This document shows positions 1 through 9,644 of a stretch of 64,000 bases of DNA, one piece after another. The DNA comes from Microcoleus sp. (GTDB lineage Bacteria; Cyanobacteriota; Cyanobacteriia; Cyanobacteriales; Microcoleaceae). Under the pieces are notes generated by a model, which made no database searches, was not told where the DNA came from, and saw only the letters and a program-made list of their open reading frames with translations. Within the stretch, counting starts at the first letter, position 1. Each line of letters opens with the position of its first letter. The DNA lies in assembly GCA_052279835.1 (NCBI GenBank), contig CP181291.1:3104001-3168000 (forward strand), in the 5' to 3' direction. Both the position numbers and the translations under genes were made by a program.

Positions 1-1
1 A

Positions 2-328
2 TGGGGTAAAAAAGATATGTATGTGGAGCTGGGAGCAAAACAGGTGCTAGCAGCAGAACGAGGAGAACAGAAAATTGCTGTGGAAGTCAAAAGCTTTGTC
101 AGCGATTCAGAAATGCAGGACTTGAGAGATGCGATCGGACAATTTACTATTTATCGGTCTGTTCTTCAAAGAACTTATCCAGAACATACGCTTTATCTGG
201 CTGTTCGCGATATTACTTATGAATCTCTATTTGAAGAACCAATCGGTCAATTAATGATCGAAGACGAAAGTCTCAAGCGGATTGTATTCGATCCAAATCA
301 AGAGGCGATCGTAAAATGGATACTTTAG
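2..328 (+). CDS. xisH: XisH family protein (fdxN element excision controlling factor), 5' truncated by window edge
   Basis: MYVELGAKQVLAAERGEQKIAVEVKSF...DAIGQF..YR..LYLAV signature; frame open from base 2; overlaps xisI start. Confidence 0.9.
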   Translation, partial: WGKKDMYVELGAKQVLAAERGEQKIAVEVKSFVSDSEMQDLRDAIGQFTIYRSVLQRTYPEHTLYLAVRDITYESLFEEPIGQLMIEDESLKRIVFDPNQEAIVKWIL

Positions 329-651
329 CTAACTTCAGAACTACGATTAAAATAGTCCTGGAACCCTATACAAAAATCCCTTACTCTCACGGCGATCTAA
401 TTTGTAAAGCCGTGTTTGATGACAACTCAGACAGTTACCTCCTAGTTACTTTAGGATGGGATAAAGCCAAGCGAATTCACGGCTGTTTGGTTCATATAGA
501 TATTATTGACAATAAGATTTGGGTACAGCAAGATGAGACAGAATACGGCGTGACTAAAGAACTTGTAGCTGCTGGAATTCCCAAGGATTCGATTGTTTTA
601 GGATTTCATCCAGCAGATGTCAGACCTCATACGGGTTATGCAGTTGCTTAG
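316..651 (+). CDS. xisI: XisI family protein
   Basis: GWD..KRIHGCLVHIDIIDNKIWVQQDETEYGV..ELVAAGIPKDSIVLGFHP is the XisI signature. Confidence 0.92.
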   Translation: MDTLANFRTTIKIVLEPYTKIPYSHGDLICKAVFDDNSDSYLLVTLGWDKAKRIHGCLVHIDIIDNKIWVQQDETEYGVTKELVAAGIPKDSIVLGFHPADVRPHTGYAVA

Positions 652-811
652 TTACAGCTTATGTATGAAAGATTTAAGCTTTTATTGCTTGCGATCAATC
701 ATCGATCGCAAGCAATATTTGAGCGTGGGTGCAGCGATCGCCTGCATACTAAAGTTAGGTTAGGCGATCGCTCTTTTACGTTTCCCGATTCACCGATCTA
801 GCAAAAACAGC

Positions 812-1099
812 TTATTTACCTCGCCATAAATGAACGGCATCCGGGTTAATTTGCGACCTGACTTGCAGCCATTCTTCTAACAAGTAATCATCATCGACTG
901 CTTGAGAATACTGTTCGTCTTTGAGAATTGCTAAGACGTGAACTCCTGACGGGTATTTGATATGACGGATTTCTGGGTCATATCCTAAGTCTTGAATTGT
1001 TGCTAAGATGCGATCGATCGCGCCGGCAACTGTCAAATCGACGGCAAGAATTATTTGACCGAGTTGAGCACCCGGTTTGACGCACTCCAAAACAGCCAT
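812..1099 (-). CDS. Hypothetical protein (likely start MAVLECVKPG at 1099)
   Basis: ORF track; ATG at 1099 overlaps the TAA of an upstream small ORF (TAATG); a diverged copy of its 3' end at ~3850-3950 supports coding status. Confidence 0.65.
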   Translation of the reverse strand: MAVLECVKPGAQLGQIILAVDLTVAGAIDRILATIQDLGYDPEIRHIKYPSGVHVLAILKDEQYSQAVDDDYLLEEWLQVRSQINPDAVHLWRGK

Positions 1100-1290
1100 T
1101 ATTCTTTCTCCTTGTAGTTGCAACGGTACACTTGAGGGCGATTTTCGACTTTTCGAGGTTGAGTTACAGATTCTAATTCAACCTGGTAGCGATCGGCTCG
1201 TTTTTGACACTCCTGTTTCGCTTGCTTGGGATTATCGGCTAAAATCGGCTCATCCCAGCGTTATGGTTCTTTTTCAGGATCTTGAATCAT
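1099..1290 (-). pseudogene. Small hypothetical gene with premature stop (MIQDPEKEP*RWDEPILADNPKQAKQECQKRADRYQVELESV...KEKE)
   Basis: AAGGAG upstream, 64-codon frame with one TAA at 1261-1263, final stop coupled to the ATG of the 812-1099 gene. Confidence 0.5.
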
Positions 1291-1411
1291 AATTAAGTAG
1301 CTCCTTTGTTGAACCTTCAACTTCGGGGAAGTCGTCTTGGCATGGTGCGGCAACATTCTGCCAAGGCACATTTCTATGCGAGAATTGTACTGCATTTTTT
1401 AGTATTGCAGT

Positions 1412-1570
1412 ATGGGTAAAAATGTTAAAGTTCTAACCATCAGACTGCCTGAAGTAGAAATGCTTCGCCTAGAAGCTTATTGCGCGAACAGCGGTAGAAC
1501 AAAAACCGATGTGATTCGCGAACAAATTAGGAATTTAAAAGTTGAAGATAAGTTGCTTTACCCAGATTGA
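1412..1570 (+). CDS. Ribbon-helix-helix (CopG-like) protein, 52 aa, not in ORF track
   Basis: Manual translation [43 protein letters not shown] fits the RHH strand-helix-helix pattern. Confidence 0.65.
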   Translation: MGKNVKVLTIRLPEVEMLRLEAYCANSGRTKTDVIREQIRNLKVEDKLLYPD

Positions 1571-1590
1571 TAACCTTGGTTCATTTACTG

Positions 1591-1761
1591 GCGATCGCCC
1601 GTCCGGGAGAAATTCGATTTACTGATGCTTTGCCGAAGACTCGTAGCGGGAAGATTATGCGGCGTTTGTTGCGTTCTTTGGCTGCTGGTTTGGAGGTGAC
1701 TGGGGATACTTCTACTTTGGAATATCGGACTGTTTTGGATAAGTTGCGGGCTGATTCCTAG
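1591..1761 (+). pseudogene. acs: Acetyl-CoA synthetase C-terminal fragment
   Basis: [28 protein letters not shown]...GDTSTLE is the Acs C-terminus; homology starts at the HIP1 site 1591-1598; no N-terminal part. Confidence 0.85.
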
Positions 1762-1930
1762 GGGTATTTTTGCAACCGCAGATGTAGGCAGATGAACGCG
1801 GATGAACGTAGATAAATTACATCTGCGTTCATCTGCGGTTTACCAACTAGAAATCTGAGTTAGTATTATTATCAGCTAATTCAAGAGTGAGTTATCATAG
1901 AAAATACTTCAACATCTCTTGAGACGCGCC

Positions 1931-2344
1931 ATGTTTCCAGAAACCGTACAGTTGCAAATTCCTTTTCAAGTCCTAGTAGATGCGATCGCCTCCCTCAAAC
2001 TCGAAGAAAAACGCCTACTTTGGCAACTCTTAAATGAAGAAATTACTCGCTCCGAAACCAACCAGCAGTCTCAAGTCCAGATTCAAAATAACAACGGATC
2101 GGATTACAAACCGATAGGGGAAATCTTGACGGCGGCAGAAATACGCGATCGCTATCCCCGCGAGTGGGTGCTAATTGCTGATACTGAATCCGATGATTTA
2201 TGGAATGTGATTCGTGGTGAAGTTTTAGCTCATTCACCGCAGCGAGAGGAAATCGACCGAGCTTTGACAAAATTTAAAGATGTCCGGTCAATTTCTATAG
2301 AATATACTGGCCCTATTCCTGATGAATATTCGGTGCTGTCGTGA
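1931..2344 (+). CDS. Hypothetical protein, apparent two-domain fusion, partner of the aspartyl protease
   Basis: ORF with ATG at 1931; stop overlaps the GTG of the next gene. Confidence 0.65.
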   Translation: MFPETVQLQIPFQVLVDAIASLKLEEKRLLWQLLNEEITRSETNQQSQVQIQNNNGSDYKPIGEILTAAEIRDRYPREWVLIADTESDDLWNVIRGEVLAHSPQREEIDRALTKFKDVRSISIEYTGPIPDEYSVLS

Positions 2345-2742
2345 CTTCACAAAGACTTTATCGGTGCTCGCGTTACGGAAATTTACTCGTCTTAAAAGCT
2401 GCTGCCTCTAGCACAAGTAATACTGTCAGACAATTCAGATTATTAGTTGATACAGGCTCAACTTATACCGTTTTGCGGGTAAATATATTAGAAGCTCTTG
2501 GTTGCGATATCCAAAATCCTCTACGCAGAATTAGGACATCAGCAGGTGGCGGTATTGTCGAAGCGCCAGTAGTAGTTGTGCCTTGGTTTAATTGCTTGGG
2601 CGAGCGTTTAGAAAATTTTCCTATAGTTGCTTACACGTTACCTGCAACCACTTTTGTAGACGGTTTGCTAGGGATGGATTTTCTTACTCCTATGCAAGCT
2701 GTTATCTATGCTAAAGAGGGAGAGATTCGCCTTCGTTTATGA
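2341..2742 (+). CDS. Retropepsin-like (clan AA) aspartyl protease
   Basis: LLVDTGSTYT catalytic motif and DGLLGMDFL C-terminal motif. Confidence 0.88.
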   Translation: MTSQRLYRCSRYGNLLVLKAAASSTSNTVRQFRLLVDTGSTYTVLRVNILEALGCDIQNPLRRIRTSAGGGIVEAPVVVVPWFNCLGERLENFPIVAYTLPATTFVDGLLGMDFLTPMQAVIYAKEGEIRLRL

Positions 2743-2944
2743 CTTATCGATAACTTTTATCTGGTTGGAAGAGCGGACGGTTTTGGATAAGTTGCGGGCT
2801 GATTCCTAGGGGTATTTTTGCGATCGCCCCTTCAGGCAAATTAACGCAGATGAACGCAGATCAAATTATATCTGCGTTCATCTGCGGTTTAATTGTTAAA
2901 TATGAGCTACAATCAAGATAAATTGTAGACTGGATCTGAGCGCG

Positions 2945-3523
2945 ATGCCTCCACTACTTAGCAAAACCACAGATCAGCGAATTGTTCATCATGGAATGTG
3001 GGAACGGTTTAAATTTATCCAAAAAGGCTTTGAAGGCTCCCCGGTCGTGCGACTATTTTACTATGATGGGACGATCGAGATTCTGATGCCTGGAGAAGAC
3101 CACGAAGCTTTTGCTCATGTTATCGGTTACTTATTGACTACCTTTCTCGTCGAACAGGGAATTTTCTTCAAGCCCACAGGGGCAATGACGCAGGAAAAAT
3201 CGGGAATTGTCTCTGTACAAGCAGATGAATCCTACTGCATTGGGAGTGTAAAACAGATTCCAGATTTGTCGATCGAAGTTGTCTTTACCAGTGGAGGCAT
3301 CAGTAAGTTAGATCGCTATAAAGCTTTGGGTGTTCCAGAGGTTTGGTTTTGGGAAGATGGATTGCTGAAAATATATCATCTCCAAGACGGTAGCTATGAA
3401 AAGAGCGATCGCAGTCAGCTACCCGGACTTAGCTACCTGAATCTCGATTTGTTCAAGCGCTGCATTTTGATGGCGGAAACTGATGCTGGAGAAGCTATTA
3501 GAGTGTTCCGTCGAGAGATGTAG
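2945..3523 (+). CDS. Uma2 family endonuclease
   Basis: QADESYC...PDLSIEVV..S...Y..LGVPEVWFW pattern. Confidence 0.9.
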   Translation: MPPLLSKTTDQRIVHHGMWERFKFIQKGFEGSPVVRLFYYDGTIEILMPGEDHEAFAHVIGYLLTTFLVEQGIFFKPTGAMTQEKSGIVSVQADESYCIGSVKQIPDLSIEVVFTSGGISKLDRYKALGVPEVWFWEDGLLKIYHLQDGSYEKSDRSQLPGLSYLNLDLFKRCILMAETDAGEAIRVFRREM

Positions 3524-3849
3524 GCGATCGCAAAGCGGATCTCCTGGCTATCCGATGATTGATATAGCTTATATCGTTTTTGGTTGCATTGGAATGATTT
3601 AACCGCAGAGAACACAGAGGACACAGAGGGAGAAAATAGAGATCTTAATAATTCAGATGCTACCGGATTTGATATTATGTGTCTCTGGGTAAGGATTTCA
3701 GCGATTTCATCACCAAATCTTTGTACTTTTCGATACAGTTACCACCACAAATCCAAGAGAGCCAACCCTGAATAGGTTTGTGATGCGATCGCCTGCATAC
3801 TACAGTTAGGCGATCGCTCTTGTGCTATCCAATGATATACCAAAAACAG

Positions 3850-3950
3850 CTTATTTGCCTCGCCACAGATGAATTTCATCGCTGTGGATTTGGGACCTGA
3901 CTTGCAGCCAATCTGCTAGCAAGTAGTCATCATCAATTGCTTCAGAATAT
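3850..3950 (-). pseudogene. Diverged 3' fragment paralogous to the 812-1099 gene
   Basis: Aligns by eye with ~812-910 and includes the same downstream flank. Confidence 0.7.
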
Positions 3951-4268
3951 CGCAGTCAGCTCATTTTTTTAAATTTCGTAGTGCCACACCTGTGAATCTT
4001 GCAAAATAATCCCATGAATCGATGGTTTCAGCGATTAAGAGCGTCCTAACCGCCGAGAATGTGGCTGCTATATATTCCTGACAGTTACAGATCTAGAGTC
4101 AGGAATTTCTCCGAACAAGAGATAGAGTTTACTATATACTACTGTAACTACATATACTAACTGGAGTTAATGAAAATGTCAATTCCTAAAAAAAAGTTAC
4201 GACCATGACAGACAACGGTATTTAATGTATAGTACATAAAATCGATCAAGAAACAGGAGTTACAGGTT

Positions 4269-5301
4269 ATGAGCATTACAATTGAGAACGTATCCAAGCA
4301 CTTTGGGTCGTTTCATGCCATTGACAGCGTGAGTTTGGAAATTAAAAACGGCTCTCTAGTGGCGCTGTTGGGCCCTTCGGGTTCGGGGAAATCGACTTTG
4401 CTGAGGATGATTGCGGGACTTGAACCCCCAGATAGCGGTAACATTTATTTGATCGGTGAAGATGCTACTCAGCAGTCGGTGCAGGAACGGAATATCGGTT
4501 TTGTGTTTCAGCATTACGCTTTGTTTAAGCACATGACGATCAGAAAAAATATTGCTTTTGCGATGGAAATTCGCAAAGTTCCTAAAGGCACAATTACCAA
4601 ACGGGTTGAGGAACTTTTGGATTTAGTGCAGTTGGGTGGTTTGGGCGATCGCTACCCTTCCCAGCTTTCGGGAGGCCAACGACAGCGGGTGGCCTTAGCC
4701 AGAGCTCTAGCAGTTTCAGCCGAAAGTGCTGCTATTAGATGAACCTTTCGGAGCGTTGGATGCTAAAGTTCGCAAAGAATTGCGATCGTGGCTGCACCAA
4801 CTCCACAAAGAAGTGAATATCACTACAGTTTTTGTGACTCACGATCAAGAAGAAGCGATGGAAGTAGCCGATGAAATTGTAGTGATGAACAAAGGTAGAG
4901 TGGAACAAGTTGGCACTCCTGCTCAAATTTATGACAAACCAGCAACGGCTTTTGTGATGAGTTTTATCGGGCCTGTTAATGTGTTGCCGAATGCGATCGG
5001 GCTGTTTAACAGAAATGCTGAAGAACTCTCTAACCATGGAGCTGCTCATTCTCAAGTAGTATTTTTGCGTCCCCATGATGTGGTAATTAATACTCAGCCG
5101 GAGTCCGGTTTTGCGGAAGCCAAAGTCAGCCGCATCATTCATCTGGGACGCGAAATTCAAACCGAATTGCTATTAGAATCGGGTCAAATTGTGACAGCTT
5201 ACGTCAGCCGCGAGCGTTTCGAGCAACTACAGCTAGTGCGAAATCAAATGGTTTACGTCAAACCAAAACACGCGATGACTTTTCCGGCTTATTCTATCTA
5301 A
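4269..5301 (+). pseudogene. cysA: Sulfate/thiosulfate ABC ATP-binding protein with +1 frameshift near 4713-4717 (pseudogene or sequencing error)
   Basis: Walker [10 protein letters not shown] and [15 protein letters not shown] in ORF 4269-4742; [19 protein letters not shown] and TOBE tail in ORF 4726-5301; removing one T from GTTTCAG restores V-Q-P-K-V-L. Confidence 0.9.
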
Positions 5302-5616
5302 ATCCACCGTTGCATCTTACTCAAAACCTGGTAAGGCGGGAGTACATCAATCCTCAAAGATTTTGGCATTTTTTGAGTGTTTTAACTTTTCGCATTGTCT
5401 TAACTCTGGTAGCGACAGGTTACTTATTGACCAAAGCGCCTTAACAGCTTTCGCGGTTGCTATATGTCAAATCAGTCCCCTAACTAGCAAATTTTGGCGA
5501 CGATGCCATATACTTTTCAAGGCATTTCTACATCAAAAAAAAATACCTTTATACATACATCGGTAAACCGTATATTATTGAATAGCAGATTTAAAATTGA
5601 AACACCAGTAGCAAAT

Positions 5617-6054
5617 GTGGAACGATCTTCTAGAGTGGAATATGCCCTGTTAGCGCTCTTGGAACTTGCAACGCCCTACCCGAAGGACTCCCCCCTCACG
5701 GTGAGCGAGATTGCTGCTGCTCAAGAGATACCGCAACGCTATCTAGACCAAATTCTGACCGTGCTGCGACGTGCGGGTTTCGTGCAAAGTCTGCGGGGCG
5801 CTAAAGGCGGTTATTTGCTGGCAAAAGAACCCTGGCAAATTACTTTGCTAGAAGTTTTCTCAGCTTTAGAAGGCGACAGTAGCGGCAAGGTTCAAAAAGT
5901 TTTAGAATCAGCAACAATAGAAAAGACTGCGGTACTAGAAATCTGGCAGGAAGTCACAGCAGCATCTCTGACAGTTTTGGGCAAATACACTTTACAAGAT
6001 TTGTGCCAACAGCGGGACGATCGCAAACAAGTCAATCTCATGTACTACATTTAA
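5617..6054 (+). CDS. Rrf2 family transcriptional regulator (CymR-like, no Fe-S cysteine triad)
   Basis: VEYALLALLELA...YLDQIL..LRRAGFVQSLRGAKGGYLLA, C-terminal MYYI; directly upstream of cysK; GTG start at 5617. Confidence 0.9.
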   Translation: MERSSRVEYALLALLELATPYPKDSPLTVSEIAAAQEIPQRYLDQILTVLRRAGFVQSLRGAKGGYLLAKEPWQITLLEVFSALEGDSSGKVQKVLESATIEKTAVLEIWQEVTAASLTVLGKYTLQDLCQQRDDRKQVNLMYYI

Positions 6055-6072
6055 GTGGAGATAAATTAAGCC

Positions 6073-7054
6073 ATGAAAATTGCTAAGGATGTTACAGAAA
6101 TCATTGGTAAAACTCCTTTAGTTCAGCTCAATAAAATTCCTCAATCCGAAGGAGTAGTTGCTCAAATTGCGGTAAAATTGGAAGGGATGAATCCGGCTGC
6201 TTCGGTGAAAGATCGCATCGGGGCGAGCATGATTCAGGCGGCAGAAGAGGCGGGATTAATTGCACCAGGGAAAACTATTTTAGTGGAACCGACTTCGGGT
6301 AATACTGGAATTGCTTTGGCAATGGTAGCGGCGGCTAAGGGTTACAAATTGATTTTGACAATGCCGGATACGATGAGTTTAGAGCGCCGATCGATGTTAA
6401 AAGCTTACGGTGCTCAGTTAGAATTAACTCCGGGACATGAAGGGATGTTAAGCGCGATCGCCCGCGCCGAAGAAATTGCAGAAGAAACTCCCGGTGCTTT
6501 TCTGTTGCAGCAGTTTCGCAACCCCGCCAATCCGAAAATTCACCGGGAAACGACGGCGGAGGAAATTTGGGCCGATACTGACGGTAAAATAGACTTTTTA
6601 GTGGCTGGAGTTGGCACCGGTGGTACGATTACCGGAGTTGCTGAGGTAATTAAACAGCGCAAGCCGAGTTTTAGGGACAGTTGCAGTAGAACCCGCCAAC
6701 AGCCCCGTGCTTTCTGGAGGCAAATCTGGTGCTCACAAAATTCAAGGGATTGGTGCAGGATTCATCCCGGAAGTGTTGAAACCAGAGTTAATTGATGAAA
6801 TAATTACTGTTAGCGATGAAGAGGCGATCGCCTACAGTCGCCGCCTAGCCAGAGAAGAAGGATTATTATCAGGAATCTCCGCAGGCGCAGCTTTATTTGC
6901 AGCCATAGAAATCGGCAAGCGTCCCGAAAATGCTGGAAAATTAATAGTTTTTGTACAGCCTTCTTTTGGCGAACGCTACCTGAGTACAGTGCTGTTCAAA
7001 GATTTAGAATTACCGACAGTCACCGAACTAGAATCCTTAGTCACCAATTATTAA
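6073..7054 (+). pseudogene. cysK: Cysteine synthase A with +1 frameshift near 6674-6677 (pseudogene or sequencing error)
   Basis: [14 protein letters not shown] lysine, [26 protein letters not shown] and GERYLST in a second frame; removing one G from TTTAGGGACA restores F-R-T-V-A-V-E-P. Confidence 0.92.
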
Positions 7055-7069
7055 TTTGTAGGTTAATAA

Positions 7070-7105
7070 GTAATATCAATTTCGGTTCCACCGGAATTGA
7101 TATCA
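7070..7105. terminator. Inverted repeat between convergent cysK and TauE genes
   Basis: TAATATCAATTTCGGT-TCC-ACCGGAATTGATATCA hairpin. Confidence 0.5.
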
Positions 7106-7897
7106 CACTTGGTACAACTTCCAACTCGCCATTGCCAACATTCCATAAATCACAAACTTAAGCGGGCGTTGAGGCATAATTTGGCAGAATTTAGCACCTA
7201 CTAAAACTCCCGGCACCGAACCCAACCAAATCGGCAATACTAAACTCCAGTCTACTGTTCCCAGGCTGAGGTGTCCTAGAGAAGTAAACATCAACAAAAT
7301 AGCCGCTTGAGAAATATCTGTACCCACCAATTTTGAAGAATCTAGCCGGAAAAAAGTAATCAATAATAATGCAAACATCGAACCGGAAGAGACGCTAGTG
7401 ATTCCCACTATGGAGCCTAAAATTGCTCCTGCAATCACTGTAAAAATACGACCCGAATTAGTATTTAAGTCCCATGCTGGGGGCTGTGGTAATTTCAAAT
7501 TAGGGATAAAAATTTTGAGCGATAATTGGGCGATGGCTAACATCACAACTAGAGCGATCGCCATTCCCAGACAGCGCAATAAGATGTAATCTAAGTTCTG
7601 AGTGCCACTGTCTTTGATGCAGTGTAATATCCACACACCACCGAGGGAACCGGGTACGCTTCCCAAGGCCAACCATTTAACTACTTGCAAGTCCAGGGTT
7701 TGTTGTTGCCAGTGTTTGAAGCCACCAACAACTTTCATAAATGTGGCTGCTACGACATCTGAACTCACAGCAATCGATGCCGGAACTTGAAAGACACAAA
7801 TCAACATTGGGGTAATGAGTGAAGCTCCTCCTACTCCAGTCAAACCAACGATAATTCCCACGAAAAAGCTGAAAAATGATAGTAATAAGTAGTTCAC
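7103..7897 (-). CDS. Sulfite exporter TauE/SafE family membrane protein
   Basis: GIIVGLTGVGGASLITP, VGITSVSSGS, LVGTDI motifs; multiple TM segments. Confidence 0.88.
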   Translation of the reverse strand: MNYLLLSFFSFFVGIIVGLTGVGGASLITPMLICVFQVPASIAVSSDVVAATFMKVVGGFKHWQQQTLDLQVVKWLALGSVPGSLGGVWILHCIKDSGTQNLDYILLRCLGMAIALVVMLAIAQLSLKIFIPNLKLPQPPAWDLNTNSGRIFTVIAGAILGSIVGITSVSSGSMFALLLITFFRLDSSKLVGTDISQAAILLMFTSLGHLSLGTVDWSLVLPIWLGSVPGVLVGAKFCQIMPQRPLKFVIYGMLAMASWKLYQV

Positions 7898-7899
7898 GG

Positions 7900-8514
7900 T
7901 TAGCTCCCAAAAAGGTCGATAGACTGCTGGGTGGAAAATAGATCGGGAGTATCGAGAACATTAAAATGAATCAATGCCACAATTACCAGAGTGAAGGCGG
8001 TGGATGAAATGAAGCCCGTCAATAACTGTTGTTTGAGGTTTTTTTCCTTGGGTTTGTCTGTAAAAACCTCTACACTCCCTAGCTGCATCAACAGAATTCC
8101 AACAATATTGGACAGCCAGTAGCCGACTATTGAACAAGGAAATAGTAAATCTGGGGAAAGCAAGCTACAGATATACCCAAAGCCATAAGCAATGGGCAAA
8201 TTGAAAAATAAATCGTTCCACCAACATAGTGGTGATAGTAAATATCCCATTAGTAGAAGCAATCCGCCTCTGAGTTTTTTCAAGCTGACATCTGGCATCA
8301 TTCTCCCGAAGCCGGAAGATTGCTGTTTGAGAAACAGTGAATTTTTTGGTGGGGTGGGCATCGCACCCGCCCGTGAGAGGCTGATTGAGAATCGTGCAAG
8401 AGGTGAGTTGAACCAGCCTTGGTTCAAGCTGTCTGGCTGAGCTTCGGCTAGCTTTTCTGGGGCTGGCTGTGTCGGAGACTGGGACTCTTCAGTGACTTGT
8501 TGAAGATTTTTCAC
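7900..8514 (-). CDS. Hypothetical membrane protein carrying an in-frame 123-bp repeat insertion
   Basis: GYLLSPLCWWNDLFFNLPIAY hydrophobic core; 2 bp upstream of the TauE gene. Confidence 0.75.
   Translation of the reverse strand: MKNLQQVTEESQSPTQPAPEKLAEAQPDSLNQGWFNSPLARFSISLSRAGAMPTPPKNSLFLKQQSSGFGRMMPDVSLKKLRGGLLLLMGYLLSPLCWWNDLFFNLPIAYGFGYICSLLSPDLLFPCSIVGYWLSNIVGILLMQLGSVEVFTDKPKEKNLKQQLLTGFISSTAFTLVIVALIHFNVLDTPDLFSTQQSIDLFGS
8285..8407. mobile_element. MITE-like element inside CDS
   Basis: Imperfect terminal inverted repeats (CTGACATCTGGCATCATT vs reverse complement CTCACCTCTTGCACGATT, 13/18); internal GGGTGGGCATCGCACCCGCCC hairpin; length divisible by 3. Confidence 0.5.
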
Positions 8515-8668
8515 GTTAACAACTCATAACTCGATCGATTAACCGTAGTTTATCATCACACCATGGTGTATGTCTAGTAACTTGATAAAGTTACTGTAGT
8601 TTTAGGACTTGGAGTAAGTTTTAAGTTTTTATACTCAATGGGTGTGATGTGTTAAGTGTGCTGTGGGC

Positions 8669-9070
8669 TTAATCGGGGATCGGAACAGTGATTGAACCCT
8701 GGGCGGCTGCCAAAATCACATAAATTACTCCTATTCCCAATAAGCTGAGGGCAAAACTGAAAAATAAGATCATCCCGTCTGGGGGCTCGTAGGTATTGTG
8801 GTGAATTTGGTGGCGAACGGTGAAGTAGTGCTTGGTTGAGATTAAGACTGTTGCCAAACCTACTAGAGAGAAGATTAAGCCCAATTTCCACCCCATCGCG
8901 TGACGGTGCTGTAGGGGGAGTTGGATAACGCGCAGTCGCACGATGACGACGCCAAAACCCATAAGTGCGATCGCGGCCCGCATCCATGCTAAAAATGTGC
9001 GTTCATTGGCAGAAAGATCGATCGCCCGCGACAGATTTTGCTGTTTTAGTTTCTCCTCATCTACTGTCAT
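8669..9070 (-). CDS. YidH/DUF202 inner membrane protein
   Basis: ANERTFLAWMR..IALMGFG motif. Confidence 0.88.
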   Translation of the reverse strand: MTVDEEKLKQQNLSRAIDLSANERTFLAWMRAAIALMGFGVVIVRLRVIQLPLQHRHAMGWKLGLIFSLVGLATVLISTKHYFTVRHQIHHNTYEPPDGMILFFSFALSLLGIGVIYVILAAAQGSITVPIPD

Positions 9071-9105
9071 CGGTGCCCACTATCTAGCCTTTTTTTGGTA
9101 AATCA

Positions 9106-9165
9106 GGTGCGTCGCCCTGGAAAATTTGGCAGTTCAATTTAACCCGTTGCAACAACGCACCCTAC
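9106..9165. repeat. REP-like inverted repeat (GGTGCGTCG...CAACGCACCCTAC)
   Basis: Same family as 19843-19902; ends in CTAC (GTAG on the other strand). Confidence 0.6.
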
Positions 9166-9193
9166 AAATCAACTTTTATATGAAAACACACCA

Positions 9194-9616
9194 TTATTCC
9201 GGTGTCATCAAACCAAATGAACTGGTCGGAACTGTGAATATATAATAAATGACTCCGGCCCCTAGGATGGCGATCGCGAGGCTAAACAGAATTACCCAGC
9301 GATCGGTAGGTTCATAAGTATCATAATCGATATCGTGGCGAACACCAAAGTAGTGTTTAGTAGAGAATATCACCGTCAGCAAACCCACGGCAGAAAAAAG
9401 CAAACCCAACTTCCAGCCATTACCCGGAGTTGGGAGCAGAGGCGGATGGAAGGCGCGAAGGCGCACGATAACTACGCCAAAACCCATCAGCGATATTGCT
9501 GTCCGCATCCATGCTAAATAAGTGCGCTCGTTTGCCAAGTGATCCCGCACCCGCGACGGATTTGGTCGCTTAGTCTTTTCTGTATCTACTTTTGTGGATT
9601 TCAACTTTAATAGCAT
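9194..9616 (-). CDS. YidH/DUF202 inner membrane protein (tandem paralog)
   Basis: RDHLANERTYLAWMRTAISLMGFG motif. Confidence 0.9.
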   Translation of the reverse strand: MLLKLKSTKVDTEKTKRPNPSRVRDHLANERTYLAWMRTAISLMGFGVVIVRLRAFHPPLLPTPGNGWKLGLLFSAVGLLTVIFSTKHYFGVRHDIDYDTYEPTDRWVILFSLAIAILGAGVIYYIFTVPTSSFGLMTPE

Positions 9617-9644
9617 TGATAAACCTTTTAATCGTAACTGCAAA

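Noticed and set aside
2..651. Heterocyst fdxN excision element
   Set aside because: XisH/XisI pairs are widespread stand-alone modules; no recombinase or nif genes here
1567..1761. Functional 64-aa Acs protein
   Set aside because: Only the extreme C-terminus; the first residues are unrelated sequence upstream of the HIP1 junction
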